Virus record (IMG/VR): IMGVR_UViG_3300022876_000180
Span: 1 to 45,375 of that record
From: a virus
Taxonomy: Duplodnaviria; Caudoviricetes
Reading direction: 5' to 3' (one strand)
DNA: 45,375 nucleotides
Shown here: positions 16,653 to 27,190 of the stretch, in pieces
Layout of the letters: every line of letters starts with the position of its first letter
How positions within the stretch are numbered: the stretch's first letter is position 1
The notes under the pieces: generated by a model
Database searches by the model: none
Told to the model about the DNA's origin: nothing
Seen by the model: only the letters and a program-made list of their open reading frames with translations
Program-made: the position numbers and the translations under genes

Positions 16653-16859
16653 ATGTCCTTTACCCAGAAGCACCTCGACGCGGTCGAGGGGGCCATTGCG
16701 CGCGGTGAGAGAACTGTGCGCTACGGCGACCGCACCGTGGAATACCGGTCCATCGACGAGCTGATCAGGGCTCGCGACGAGATCCGCACCTCGCTGGTCA
16801 ACTCGGCCGCGCCGCGCTCCCGCGTGGTTCGGATCTATCACGGAGGCAAAGGAGTCTGA
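16653..16859 (+). CDS. gpW-like head completion protein
   Basis: VRYGDRTVEYRSIDEL; between TerL and portal. Confidence 0.8.
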   Translation: MSFTQKHLDAVEGAIARGERTVRYGDRTVEYRSIDELIRARDEIRTSLVNSAAPRSRVVRIYHGGKGV

Positions 16860-18340
16860 TGGCCCGACATTATCCGACGCTGAGCCGTAGCGGATTCTTG
16901 TTGCCGTCGAACATCAAGGCCAGTTACGAAGGCGCCGGAGAGGGCCGCCGGTCCACTGGCTGGGATGCTCCCGACAACGGGATCAACAGCATCAACACCC
17001 CAGCGCTGCGCAACCTGCGTGCCCGTTCGCGGGCAGCAGTTCGCAATGATCCGTATGCCTTCAACGTGATCGACAAGCGCGTCAGCAACCTGATTGGCAC
17101 CGGCATCACGCCAAGGCCGCGAATCGAAGACGACACCCTGCGCAATTTGCTGCAGGAGCTGTGGGACGACTGGGTCGATGAGTCGGACGCCGATGATCGT
17201 ACCGACTTCTATGGCCAGCAGGCGCTGGTCGCCCGGACGGTTGAGACCTCGGGCGAATGCTTTGTGCGACTGCGTCCACGCAGTCTGGAGGAGGGCCTAG
17301 CGGTTCCTCTCCAGCTCCAGGCGCTGGCGCCTGAGTTCGTGCCTCACGACAAGTACGAGACCACGCGAGACGGTAACTTAATCCGCGCCGGGATCGAGTT
17401 CACCCCAGGCGGCAAGCGGGTGGCGTACTGGATGTACCTGGCACATCCGCGTGATGCCACATCGCTGAACGCCGGCTACAACCAGCTGGTGCGAGTGCCG
17501 GCCACTCAGGTGTTGCACATCTTCGAGCCGGTCGAACCGGGCCAACTGCGCGGTGTGCCGCGCCTTTCACCGGTTCTGAAACGCCTGCGCAGCCTCGACA
17601 ACTACGACGACGCCGTGCTGTTCCGGCAGGAGGTGGCCAACTTGTTCGCCGGCTTCATCAGTCGACCGGCGCCGGATTCTGGTCAAGCACCGAGGGATCC
17701 GGTCACCGGCCAGCTATTGACGCTCGACCATGATGGCTTCACGCCCATGGTCGCGCTGGAGCCCGGAACCATGCAGGAGCTAGCACCGGGTGAGGAGGTG
17801 GAATTCTCCAAACCACCGGACGCAGGCAACAACTATCCGGACTTCATGCGACAGCAACTGATGGCCGCTGCTGCCGGTACGGGCACGCCTTACGAGATCC
17901 TCACCGGCGACATGCGGGAGGTTAATGACCGGGCGTTGAGGGTGGTCCTCAACGAGTTTCGGCGGCGCCTGGAGCAGCTGCAGTTCAGCGTGTATGTGCA
18001 TCAGCTCTGCCGGCCAGTACGGGCAGCGTGGCTGGACATGGCGATCCTGTCAGGTGCCGTAGAACTGGCCGACTACGCGCAACGACGCCGCGAATACCTG
18101 CGCACGCGTTGGGTTCCACAAGGCTGGGCCTACATTCAGCCGGTACAGGACGTACAGGCTCGGCGGATGGAAGTTCAGGCAGGGTTCGCATCTCGCAGCG
18201 AGATGTGTCTGCGCACCGGTTATGACGCTGAAGCGGTCGACGCAGAAAACGCCGCCGATCTGGCACGGGCGACCAGCCTGGGCCTCAACTACACAACCCT
18301 CGATGCCGTCGAGCCGCTCGAGGACAAGGAGCAACCATGA
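16859..18340 (+). CDS. Portal protein, lambda family
   Basis: LRARSR..RND, GQLRGVP, YEILTGD. Confidence 0.92.
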   Translation: MARHYPTLSRSGFLLPSNIKASYEGAGEGRRSTGWDAPDNGINSINTPALRNLRARSRAAVRNDPYAFNVIDKRVSNLIGTGITPRPRIEDDTLRNLLQELWDDWVDESDADDRTDFYGQQALVARTVETSGECFVRLRPRSLEEGLAVPLQLQALAPEFVPHDKYETTRDGNLIRAGIEFTPGGKRVAYWMYLAHPRDATSLNAGYNQLVRVPATQVLHIFEPVEPGQLRGVPRLSPVLKRLRSLDNYDDAVLFRQEVANLFAGFISRPAPDSGQAPRDPVTGQLLTLDHDGFTPMVALEPGTMQELAPGEEVEFSKPPDAGNNYPDFMRQQLMAAAAGTGTPYEILTGDMREVNDRALRVVLNEFRRRLEQLQFSVYVHQLCRPVRAAWLDMAILSGAVELADYAQRRREYLRTRWVPQGWAYIQPVQDVQARRMEVQAGFASRSEMCLRTGYDAEAVDAENAADLARATSLGLNYTTLDAVEPLEDKEQP

Positions 18341-19479
18341 GCAAAACAGCGCGACTGCGCATTTACAACCGCGCCGGCAAGCAAGTGCAGGTCAAGGACA
18401 AGACCTGGTACGCGTTGCAGGTCAACGGCGAAGCCACGGAACGGCTCATTGAAATTTTCGTTTACGGCGAGATCGGCACCTGGGGCATCACCGCCAATCA
18501 GTTCGTGCAGGATCTGCGCGCCCTGGATGACGGTGTTTCTCCGGTGATCGCAGCATTCAACAGCGTCGGTGGTGACCTGTTCGACGGACTGGCCATGCAC
18601 AACGCATTGGCGCGCCTGGGCGAGCGTTGCACGGGGCGTATCGATGCCCTGGCGGCCAGTGCGGCCAGTGTTGCGGTATGCGGAGCGCACAAGGTAGTGA
18701 TCGCGAGCAACGCCATGCTGATGATCCACAACCCGTGGACCTACGCCTCGGGCGATGCCGAAGACTTCCGCAAGGTGGCTGATGTGCTCGACCAGACCAT
18801 GGAAGCCATCATTGCCGCCTATAAGGCGAAGGCGCCGGACATCGATGAGGCCGAGTTGCGGCGATTGGTCGATGCTGAAACCTGGCTGACTGCCAACGAG
18901 GCGGTGGCTTTGGGGTTGGCAGACGAAATCGGCGACGGGGTGAAGGTCAAGGCTTGCCTCGGTCAGGGCGTGGTGCTGCAACGCTACCAGCATGCTCCTG
19001 CTGAGCTACTCGCTCAGTTCAATGAACCGCCGGAGTCGGATCCCGAGCCGGAGCCTGACAACCCGCCTCCTGCGCCGGCCGTCTCCGATGCGTCCAAGCT
19101 GGCCCTGATGATCACCCAGCGCTGCGCCGCGGGGGGCATCAGCAATCTGGTAGAGCCGTTGCTGGCATCCACCAAGCTGGAAAGCGAATCCATCGTCCTG
19201 GCTGCATTGGACCGGGCCAAGGCCGTGCACGACCTTTGTGTCGCAGCTCGATTGCCCGAGTTCAGCGTTGAGTACGTCAAGGCTGGACTGGATGTGTCGG
19301 CTGTTCGGGCTCGTCTGTTCGACAAAATCGTCAGTAGTGGCAAGGGCTTTGAAATCGACAGCAGCCTGCCGCTGGAAAGCGATCCGCCACCCAAGATGCA
19401 GGCCAGGCAGATTGATCAGCCCTCTATCTGGGCTGCCCGCCAGGTCGCACGTACATCCGCAAAAGGAGCAAGACCATGA
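18337..19479 (+). CDS. ClpP-like head maturation protease/scaffold
   Basis: NSVGG, AASAAS, MIHNP, ETWLTANEA..GLAD. Confidence 0.9.
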   Translation: MSKTARLRIYNRAGKQVQVKDKTWYALQVNGEATERLIEIFVYGEIGTWGITANQFVQDLRALDDGVSPVIAAFNSVGGDLFDGLAMHNALARLGERCTGRIDALAASAASVAVCGAHKVVIASNAMLMIHNPWTYASGDAEDFRKVADVLDQTMEAIIAAYKAKAPDIDEAELRRLVDAETWLTANEAVALGLADEIGDGVKVKACLGQGVVLQRYQHAPAELLAQFNEPPESDPEPEPDNPPPAPAVSDASKLALMITQRCAAGGISNLVEPLLASTKLESESIVLAALDRAKAVHDLCVAARLPEFSVEYVKAGLDVSAVRARLFDKIVSSGKGFEIDSSLPLESDPPPKMQARQIDQPSIWAARQVARTSAKGARP

Positions 19480-19820
19480 CCATTCAACGAGAGCCAATGC
19501 ACGCGGGTGAGTTCCTGCTGTCCGAGGGTGCCGGCACCATTTCTCGCGAAGCCATCAACGTTCAGGCCGGCCCAGCGTTGGAGCCCGGCCAGATCCTCGG
19601 GCTGGTCACGGCGACCGGTGAGTTCGCCCCTTACAACCCGACCGCTGAAGACGGCAGCGAGAACGCCCAGGCGATTCTCTATGGCCCGTTGGGCGAGTCT
19701 GAGGTGGTGCGGCGAGGCCGTGCTGTGGTGCGTCTGGCCGAGGTTAGCGAAGCGCACCTCACTGGCCTGGATCCTGCCGCTGAAAAGGCCCTGGCCACCC
19801 ACTTTGTGATTGTTCGCTAA
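19476..19820 (+). CDS. Head decoration protein
   Basis: FLLSEG..SRE, LEPGQILG; synteny. Confidence 0.8.
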   Translation: MTIQREPMHAGEFLLSEGAGTISREAINVQAGPALEPGQILGLVTATGEFAPYNPTAEDGSENAQAILYGPLGESEVVRRGRAVVRLAEVSEAHLTGLDPAAEKALATHFVIVR

Positions 19821-19983
19821 TACCAAAAGGGCCCGCCCGGGTAGATTAAAGTCGGCAGCCTCGAAAGGGGCCAAGACAACCACCCGGACGGACCTCTAAA
19901 AGGTAGCCGCACACGGTGCCGCTATCCATCAGACAAATCCCAAACCCGCCTAAGCGGGTTTTTTGCTTTCTGGAGAAAGATTC

Positions 19984-20979
19984 ATGGCTGACATTCAGAT
20001 CTTCAACGATGACGCGTTTTCCGTGTCGTCCCTCACTGCCGCCATCAACGAACAGGAGTACCTGCCGGGCCGCATCAGCAGCCTGGGCCTGTTTCATGAG
20101 GAGGGCATTTCCACCCTCACGGTGCAGATCGAAAAGGACGGTGACACCCTGGCCCTGGTGCCAGCAGGTGAGCGTGGCACCTCGGGGTTGGTGGTTGGAA
20201 GCAGCAAGCGCAACCTGATCCCCTTCAACACCGTGCACCTGCCTCAGCGCTTCGCCATCAAGGCCGACGAGATCCAGGGCATTCGTGCCTTCGGTACTCG
20301 GTCGGAGCTGCAATCAGTGCAGGACGTGGTCAACAAGCGTCTGGCCAAGTGCCGTCGGCAGTTGGATATCACACACGAGTTTCAGCGCATGGGTGCGCTG
20401 AATGGCCAGATCCTTGATGCGGACGGCAAGACTGTCCTCTTGGACATCTACAAGACCTTCGGGGTTAATCGCAGGAAGATGTCCATGGGCCTCGCCAGTC
20501 CCGATACCGAGTTGCGGGTGAAATGTGGTGAGGCGCTGGACATGCAGGAGGAAGCGTTGGGCAGCATCACCAGCAGCGGATCCCGTGCTCTCTGCGGGAA
20601 GAACTTCTGGAACAAGCTGATTGTTCACCGCTCGGTGAAGGAGACTTACCTGGCCAGTCAGCAGGCAGCGGCGCTGCGTGGTGATGCCCGTGAAAGCTTT
20701 GAGTTCGGTGGGGTCGTCTGGGAACGCTATCGCGGCAAAATAGCCGGTCAGGCCTTTGTTCACGATGACAAGGCGCAGCTGATCCCCGAGGGGGTTCCAG
20801 ATCTGTACATCTCGAGGTTTGCACCGGCTGACTACATGGAAACGGTCAACACCCAAGGCCTGCCGTACTACAGCAAGATCGAGCCAATGCCTTTCGGCAA
20901 AGGCATGGCCGGCGAAGCGCAGTCCAACCCGCTGCACCTGTGCACTCGACCACTGGCGCAGATCCTGCTGGAACTCTGA
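19984..20979 (+). CDS. Major capsid protein (lambda E family)
   Basis: FSVSSLTAAIN, THEFQRMGAL, QSNPLHLCTRP. Confidence 0.9.
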   Translation: MADIQIFNDDAFSVSSLTAAINEQEYLPGRISSLGLFHEEGISTLTVQIEKDGDTLALVPAGERGTSGLVVGSSKRNLIPFNTVHLPQRFAIKADEIQGIRAFGTRSELQSVQDVVNKRLAKCRRQLDITHEFQRMGALNGQILDADGKTVLLDIYKTFGVNRRKMSMGLASPDTELRVKCGEALDMQEEALGSITSSGSRALCGKNFWNKLIVHRSVKETYLASQQAAALRGDARESFEFGGVVWERYRGKIAGQAFVHDDKAQLIPEGVPDLYISRFAPADYMETVNTQGLPYYSKIEPMPFGKGMAGEAQSNPLHLCTRPLAQILLEL

Positions 20980-20981
20980 TC

Positions 20982-21302
20982 ATGGGCATTCGCGATCTGA
21001 TACGCGATGTCGATGAAGCCGTGTTCTCGACCCTGGGCGACTCTGCCCGGATCGAGGGCAAGGAGGAGCCTGTGCTGGGGATGTTCGCAGCACCCTGGCT
21101 TCAGCCTCGTATGGGGCGGATCAGCACGCCCATACGTGAGCCGCGGTTTGAGATCCGCGTCAGCGATTCCGGTGGTCTGCGCCAGGGCCTGCTGGTAACG
21201 GTAGATGTGCCGGAGCTGGACGGTGGGGGCGACTACGATCTGATGAGCCTGGAGCCATCTGGTGACGGTCTGGTCGCTCTCATTCTGAGAAAGCGGCCAT
21301 GA
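20982..21302 (+). CDS. Head-tail joining protein
   Basis: Size and synteny after capsid gene. Confidence 0.6.
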   Translation: MGIRDLIRDVDEAVFSTLGDSARIEGKEEPVLGMFAAPWLQPRMGRISTPIREPRFEIRVSDSGGLRQGLLVTVDVPELDGGGDYDLMSLEPSGDGLVALILRKRP

Positions 21303-21964
21303 GCGTCGGCAGCTATTACAAGCCCTCGGCCAGCGGCGGGATGATTTCTCTGCAGGCGTCGTCGGCTGATCTGCAGGCGTTCAAGGACTTCGCGGCGGTG
21401 GTGCCCAAGGCTGCTGCTGCGGCTCAGCGGAGAGCTATCAACAAGACCATTGGGTGGTTGCGCACGCATATTGCCCGGGCTGTCAGCCGGTCGGAGCGGG
21501 TCGCTCTGGCGGCCGTCCGGCAGCGACTGCGCAGCTATCCGGTTTCCAATGGCGCCCAGGTCGGCAAGCTGTGGTTCGGTCTCAATGCCATTGAGGCGAG
21601 CCGCACCGGTCGAGCCCGGCAGAACAGGTCCGGGGTGTCGGTCGCGGGGCGGCGCTTTCAGGGTGCGTTCTTCAAAACGGTTTACGGCAACAGCCCCGAT
21701 ATCTGGATCCGTACTGCGAGCAAACACTTCGATGCTGGGGACTATCCCGACAGCGAGGTGACCAGGCAGGTCGGCGCGAGTTCGGGGTGGATCGCCGAAA
21801 ACGACAACCGCTTTCCCTTGGCCAAGGCCAAGGTTTCGCTGGAACAGGCGCGACCGCACTTTGACAGCTGGACGCGTAAGGCCGACCAACGCTTGCTGCA
21901 GGTCCTGCAGCAGGAACTCAACTTTGAACTGCAAAAGTATCTGAAGGGGAATGCCCGTGGCTGA
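21299..21964 (+). CDS. Minor tail/neck protein (gpZ-like)
   Basis: RAINKT motif; basic; synteny. Confidence 0.6.
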   Translation: MSVGSYYKPSASGGMISLQASSADLQAFKDFAAVVPKAAAAAQRRAINKTIGWLRTHIARAVSRSERVALAAVRQRLRSYPVSNGAQVGKLWFGLNAIEASRTGRARQNRSGVSVAGRRFQGAFFKTVYGNSPDIWIRTASKHFDAGDYPDSEVTRQVGASSGWIAENDNRFPLAKAKVSLEQARPHFDSWTRKADQRLLQVLQQELNFELQKYLKGNARG

Positions 21965-22487
21965 TGAAGAATCCAGCCTCCAGCAGTTTTATGGGGCCAT
22001 CGAGCAGCACCTGCAGTTAAATTTGCCCCGTGTTGCGATTGTGAAGGTTTGGCCGGTCATTGGAACCAGCATCCCGCTTCCGGCGATCTTCATCGAACTG
22101 GCAGAGTTCGAGCCGGGGAGGGATCCGGGAACAGGCGAGGCGGGGTTGGTCTGCAAGATGGAAGCCCGGATTGTGACTGACCCACTTCATGCTGATCACC
22201 ATCAGCAAGCGGTGTTTCTGGCAGGGCGGCTCGCGGTGTTGTTGCGCATGCAGACCTGGGGGCTTGAGGTCGATCAGGCCGAGTTTGTCCAGGCCATGCA
22301 GGACTGGACGAAACCAGAGCTGGATAGTTACACCGTCTGGCTGGTGGAGTGGACGCAGCAGATCTACCTCGGCGAGGAGGAATGGCCGTGGCCGGATCAG
22401 CCGCCAGGTACTCTGATGTTTGGCGTCGATCCAGATACAGGGCCGGGCAATGAGGACAAGTACATTTCGCCGGAGTCGCTGCTATGA
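21951..22487 (+). CDS. Tail completion/terminator-like protein
   Basis: Acidic, VWLVEWTQ; precedes the spike gene. Confidence 0.55.
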   Translation: MPVADEESSLQQFYGAIEQHLQLNLPRVAIVKVWPVIGTSIPLPAIFIELAEFEPGRDPGTGEAGLVCKMEARIVTDPLHADHHQQAVFLAGRLAVLLRMQTWGLEVDQAEFVQAMQDWTKPELDSYTVWLVEWTQQIYLGEEEWPWPDQPPGTLMFGVDPDTGPGNEDKYISPESLL

Positions 22488-23065
22488 GCTACGCGAGCGC
22501 TCAGCATGATCGCATGCTGGCCGGCGTGGTAAAGGATTGCTACGTCGTTGCCCTGGACCTGTCGGCATCGCCTCCTGTATGCCGTGTCTCGGATGGTGAG
22601 TGGGTCAGTGGCTGGGTTCGCTGGCACAGCGTTGCAGCCGGTAAGGCGCGACACTGGCGGCCGCCGAGCTTGAATGAGCAGGGCACCCTGATCAGCGCCA
22701 GTGGTGACGTGGCGCAGGGCACGTTCGTACCCGGTTTGTACGGTAATGCTGGCCCGCCTCCGGACAATCGTGATCATGTCGAAGTCTGGCGCTTCGACGA
22801 TGGCGGTTCGTTGGTATACGACTGGGAGGCCAAGACCTACACCATCACTTTGCCGAGCGGGACAGTGACCATCAAGGTCGGCTCAACCGCGGCCGTGATC
22901 ACCAATAGTTCGGTCTCGGTGAAGAGCGGCACGATCAGCCTGGAGGGGGCTGTGAATATCAAAGGCCCGGTCAATATCGAGGGGGCTTTGCACGTCACGC
23001 AAAACATCACCAGCGATGCGGCGATCCTCGACACCACCGGCAACAGCAATCACCACAAGCACTAG
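22484..23065 (+). CDS. Baseplate spike, gpV
   Basis: WRPPSLNEQ, FDDGGSLVYD, C-terminal HxH. Confidence 0.88.
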   Translation: MSYASAQHDRMLAGVVKDCYVVALDLSASPPVCRVSDGEWVSGWVRWHSVAAGKARHWRPPSLNEQGTLISASGDVAQGTFVPGLYGNAGPPPDNRDHVEVWRFDDGGSLVYDWEAKTYTITLPSGTVTIKVGSTAAVITNSSVSVKSGTISLEGAVNIKGPVNIEGALHVTQNITSDAAILDTTGNSNHHKH

Positions 23066-23121
23066 TTATTGCCACCAACCCAGGCCCGCCGTGTGCGGGC
23101 TTTTTCATGTCTGGAGAAATC

Positions 23122-23361
23122 ATGGCCAAGCCTCAAGAAGAACCTCTTGTCTCTGCTCCTTCCGCCCCTCTCAGCGTTGCGCCGGTCCAGGCCGGCGGGG
23201 AGATCACCTACCGCGACAAAATCTACACCTCGCGAACCCTGATCCTGTCGGCAGAGCGGACGCTGCTGGTGGCCAAGGGCGTTGTAACGGTCAGTGCTTC
23301 GGATGCGGTCGCGCTGAAGTACCTCAAGGAAAACGCCGAGTTCGAGCAACTCAAGGAGTGA
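23122..23361 (+). CDS. Small phage hypothetical protein
   Basis: GGAG RBS; between gpV and gpW-like genes. Confidence 0.6.
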   Translation: MAKPQEEPLVSAPSAPLSVAPVQAGGEITYRDKIYTSRTLILSAERTLLVAKGVVTVSASDAVALKYLKENAEFEQLKE

Positions 23362-23365
23362 CGTG

Positions 23366-23692
23366 ATGATCGGAATGGATCGCCACACCGGCCAGCCCAT
23401 CTCCGGCATTGAGCATCTACGTCAGTCAGTGGGCGACATCCTGAGCACTCCCTTGGGGAGTCGTCGGCATCGGCCGGAGTACGGCAGCAAGCTGAGGCGC
23501 ATGGTCGACCTTCCATTCAACGAAGGTTGGAAAAGCGCCGCTCAAGCCGAGGTCGCTCGGGCGCTGGGCCGGTGGGAGCCTCGAATGAAGCTGCAGCGAG
23601 TGCGTGTGGTGTCTTTCCTGGCCGGGAAAATCAATCTGCAAATCACCTGTGAATATCAGGGGATGGGTCGCACGTTGGAGGTGACGGTATGA
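23366..23692 (+). CDS. Baseplate GPW/gp25 protein
   Basis: HLRQSVGDILSTPLGSR..RPEYGS, WEPR. Confidence 0.9.
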   Translation: MIGMDRHTGQPISGIEHLRQSVGDILSTPLGSRRHRPEYGSKLRRMVDLPFNEGWKSAAQAEVARALGRWEPRMKLQRVRVVSFLAGKINLQITCEYQGMGRTLEVTV

Positions 23693-24573
23693 GTACCCTG
23701 GTGGATTTGTCGGAGCTGCCGGCACCGGAAGTGCTTGAGCCTCTGGACTTCGAGACCTCGTATGACGAAACGCTGGGGGTATTTCGAGACTACATGGGGG
23801 ACAACTGGAGCGCCGACGTTGAAAGCGATCCCGTCACCAAACTGCTGGAGGTGGGCACCTATCTGAAAATCGGCAACCGAGCGCGGGTCAATGACGCGGC
23901 GAAGGCGCTGATGGTGGCTTACGCCATCGGTGCAGATCTGGAGCAGTTGGCGGCCAACGTCAATCTCAAGCGCCTGGTGATTCAGGAGGCTGACCCCGAT
24001 GCAGTGCCGCCGGTTCCGGAGGTGCTGGAATCTATCGATGCGTTGCGCGAGCGGGTGCAGCTCGCTTATGAGGGGTTGACCACCGCCGGGCCGCGAAACA
24101 GCTACATCCTCCATGCGCGCAATGCTTCGGCGTTGGTGGCCGACGCTACTGCTGAGAGTCCGGCGCCGGCTTGTGTTGACCTTACGGTGTTGAGCCTAGA
24201 AGGCGACGGCACAGCCGGGCCTGAGCTGTTGGCCGTGGTCGCGGAAGCGGTCAACGATGACGATGTGCGGCCGGTGGGGGATCGGGTGACCGTGCGCAGT
24301 GCCGAGATCCTGCCTTTTAGCGTTGATGCGGTCTTGCACATGAAGGGGCCCGGACCAGAGAACGATGCGGCGCTCGCTGAAGCGATCAGTCGTCTCAAGG
24401 CCTGGATCAACCCACGCAGGCGGCTGGGCGTTGAGGTGGCACGCTCCGGTGTCGATGCCCAACTCCACGTCGCTGGGGTGGGACGGGTTGAGCTGAGGAA
24501 CTGGCAGGATTTGGCTCCTACGAAAGCCCAGGCGGCGTACTGCACGGGCTATAGCGTAGTGCTGGGAGGTTGA
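23689..24573 (+). CDS. Baseplate J protein
   Basis: DLSELPAP, ESDP, TAGP, VRPVGD. Confidence 0.9.
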   Translation: MSTLVDLSELPAPEVLEPLDFETSYDETLGVFRDYMGDNWSADVESDPVTKLLEVGTYLKIGNRARVNDAAKALMVAYAIGADLEQLAANVNLKRLVIQEADPDAVPPVPEVLESIDALRERVQLAYEGLTTAGPRNSYILHARNASALVADATAESPAPACVDLTVLSLEGDGTAGPELLAVVAEAVNDDDVRPVGDRVTVRSAEILPFSVDAVLHMKGPGPENDAALAEAISRLKAWINPRRRLGVEVARSGVDAQLHVAGVGRVELRNWQDLAPTKAQAAYCTGYSVVLGG

Positions 24574-24574
24574 T

Positions 24575-25186
24575 ATGAGCAGCCTCTTGCCGATCAACAG
24601 CACCCAGCTGGAGCGCGCCATAGAAGCGGCGTTTTGCGAAAAAACCGAGGTGCCGCTCCGTTCGCTCTACAACCCCAAAACTTGCCCTGTGCACCTGCTG
24701 CCGCATTTGGCCTGGGCCTGGTCGGTGGATCGCTGGGATTACCGATGGTCCGAGGCAGTGAAGCGTTCGGCCATAGAAGCGTCGTTCTACATCCATGCGC
24801 ACAAGGGGACCATTGGCGCACTGCGTCGTGTCGTTGAGCCGCTGGGCTACCTGATTGAGGTAGTCGAATGGTGGCAGACCGAGCCCGAAGGCGTGCCCGG
24901 CACTTTCGCGCTGAAAGTGGGTGTCCTCGATACTGGGATCACTGAGGAGATGTATCTGGAGCTTGAGCGTCTGATCGACGACGCCAAGCCAGTCAGCCGG
25001 AAACTTACTGGTCTCGACATAACGCTTGAAACCCAACTGAACGCCTACGTCGGCGTTGCTGTTTATGACGGCGACGAGATCGACGTGTACCCCTGGAGCA
25101 ATCCCGACATCGACGTGGTGGTTCAGGGTTACGGCGGCGTCAACGAATACTCGATCGACGAACTGGATGTATACCCCCATGGTTGA
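24575..25186 (+). CDS. Tail protein I
   Basis: LLPHLAWAWSVD, HKGTIGA. Confidence 0.9.
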   Translation: MSSLLPINSTQLERAIEAAFCEKTEVPLRSLYNPKTCPVHLLPHLAWAWSVDRWDYRWSEAVKRSAIEASFYIHAHKGTIGALRRVVEPLGYLIEVVEWWQTEPEGVPGTFALKVGVLDTGITEEMYLELERLIDDAKPVSRKLTGLDITLETQLNAYVGVAVYDGDEIDVYPWSNPDIDVVVQGYGGVNEYSIDELDVYPHG

Positions 25187-26726
25187 TAAGAACTCTATTT
25201 TTGGCGGCATGCTCACAACGCTTGGGGCCGCAAAGAAAACCAACTGCGATGCCCTCGGTATTCCGTGGGAGCTAAGTTACATGTTGATCGGCGATGCCAA
25301 CGGCACCGATCCGGTCCCTGATCCTTCACAGACAGGACTGATCAATCAGGTTTATCGGGCTCAGATCAACCAGCTGTACGTTTCTCCAACTGACGACAGG
25401 GTGCTTGTCGCCGAGGTTGTCTTGCCACCTGATGTGGGTGGATGGTGGATTCGTGAGTTGGCCCTGGAGGACAAGGACGGTGTGTTCTCCGCCGTGGCCA
25501 ATGCTCCGCCGAGTTACAAGCCGCTGCTCGGGCAAAACTCTGGGCGTCACCAGGTGGTGCGAGTGCACGTCATCACCAGCAGTACTGCGAATATCCAGCT
25601 GAAGATCGACCCGTCGGTGGTGTTGGCGACTCGTGAATTCGTAGAAACGCGAATTCGGGAGGAGCTGTACAAGCTGGATAGCAAACAGTCGGTGCGAGTT
25701 GCGACCACAGCCAACATCGCGCTTACAGGGCTTCAAACCATTGACGGCATCGTGCTTGCGGCGGGTGACCGAGTGTTGGTAAAGAACCAGGTTGCTGCAA
25801 AGGACAATGGTTTGTACGTTGCTGCTGCCGGTTTTTGGATGCGTGCTGCAGATGCCGACTCCAATGCAGAGGTAACCTCGGCCCTGCTGGTCTCCGTTGA
25901 GCAGGGGGCCTCCCAGGCTGATACACGCTGGCAGTTGATCACGGATGGCACGATTGTCCTGGGCACAACCGCCCTGACGTTCCAGAACGTGACGCAAGGA
26001 TTTGCGCCGATCAACTCCCCTGCATTTATGGGTACTCCAACAGCCCCGACGCCTGCGCGATTTGATAAAACTCCACTCTTGGCAACTACAGAGTTTGTTC
26101 AACTTTCAAAGGGCGGCTACAGCGGATACGCAGAATATCAAGCGGCTAGCGGGAGTATTCCGGTTAGCGATGCAGGGAAGTACATCGGCTTCAACTCTGG
26201 CGGGGCTCAATCCTATTCGTTGCCCGATGCAAACACGCTTCCGCTTGGGGTAAGTTTTTTTATTGAAGCTGTAGGGCCGGCTTCTGTTTTGACCTTGACC
26301 GCGCCTAATACAACTTTCACAGGGGTAAGTGCACAAGCGCCTTCTAGTTCTTTCAGGCTTCGTGACAGTGCGTGCGAGTTTATCGTTATTGGTGGGTCAT
26401 ACAGAGTGGTTGGAGGCGGCGGTAAATCTCTGGTCGCGAGAAATGGTTATGAGCGGATGTCAAATGGCCTGATTCGTATGTGGGGGGATGGTGGTGCTGG
26501 TGGTCATGCAAGTCACTGTGCATTTGGCAACTCGATTGCCAAGACGACTTATAACGCCTTTCCGATCCCATTCCCCAACGAGTTGTTCGGCGTTGTCGCT
26601 AATCACAATAGCGCTGGTGTTTCAACAGTATCTATCGTAACCACGGGGGAGACCGTTAACGGATTTTATGCCGCAGCGAGTTGGTCTGTTGATTGCTCTG
26701 TCCGCTGGTCTGCCATTGGGAGGTAA
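25179..26726 (+). CDS. Tail fibre
   Basis: P2-H-like N-terminus (GGWWIRE, IDPSVVLATR), GTPTAPTP, C-terminal FPIPFP domain. Confidence 0.88.
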   Translation: MVDKNSIFGGMLTTLGAAKKTNCDALGIPWELSYMLIGDANGTDPVPDPSQTGLINQVYRAQINQLYVSPTDDRVLVAEVVLPPDVGGWWIRELALEDKDGVFSAVANAPPSYKPLLGQNSGRHQVVRVHVITSSTANIQLKIDPSVVLATREFVETRIREELYKLDSKQSVRVATTANIALTGLQTIDGIVLAAGDRVLVKNQVAAKDNGLYVAAAGFWMRAADADSNAEVTSALLVSVEQGASQADTRWQLITDGTIVLGTTALTFQNVTQGFAPINSPAFMGTPTAPTPARFDKTPLLATTEFVQLSKGGYSGYAEYQAASGSIPVSDAGKYIGFNSGGAQSYSLPDANTLPLGVSFFIEAVGPASVLTLTAPNTTFTGVSAQAPSSSFRLRDSACEFIVIGGSYRVVGGGGKSLVARNGYERMSNGLIRMWGDGGAGGHASHCAFGNSIAKTTYNAFPIPFPNELFGVVANHNSAGVSTVSIVTTGETVNGFYAAASWSVDCSVRWSAIGR

Positions 26727-26728
26727 GC

Positions 26729-27160
26729 ATGAAATTTAGCCCTAGCAATCTTCAGTTTTATCCTGACGATATTGGCTACGAAATGACGGATATACCGGGC
26801 GATGTTATCGACATTCCGCCAGATGATTTTGCAGCGGCGATGGATCGCGCTCCAGGTGAGTCGCTCAAACTTGAAAATGGTCGTGTCGTTATTGTCCCGG
26901 CACCTGAGATCGATACTGTTGAGCGGTTGGTCGCGCTTGAACGCTATTGGCGTTCGCAGCAACTTGCGCAAACAGATGCTGTTGTGACCCGTCATCGTGA
27001 CGAGCTTGAAGACGGCTTAGAAACCACGTTGACTCCCGCGCAGTATGCAGAGCTTCAGGTGTATCGTCGGTCGCTCCGCAACTGGCCTGAAGCGGGGGAG
27101 TTTCCGCTTGCCGAGCACCGGCCAGTAGCTCCACCTTGGCTGGTGGCCGAACTCCAATAA
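26729..27160 (+). CDS. Tail fibre assembly chaperone
   Basis: ERYWR..L..TD, YRRSLRNWP..RP..P.W. Confidence 0.8.
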   Translation: MKFSPSNLQFYPDDIGYEMTDIPGDVIDIPPDDFAAAMDRAPGESLKLENGRVVIVPAPEIDTVERLVALERYWRSQQLAQTDAVVTRHRDELEDGLETTLTPAQYAELQVYRRSLRNWPEAGEFPLAEHRPVAPPWLVAELQ

Positions 27161-27190
27161 ACGCCCCGCACTGACGGGGCGTTTTCTTTT
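27160..27190 (+). terminator. Intrinsic terminator
   Basis: acgccccg-N6-cggggcgt followed by T-rich run. Confidence 0.75.

Noticed and set aside
19821-19935. Hammerhead, twister or pistol ribozyme
   Set aside because: Conserved catalytic cores such as CUGAUGA were not found by eye.
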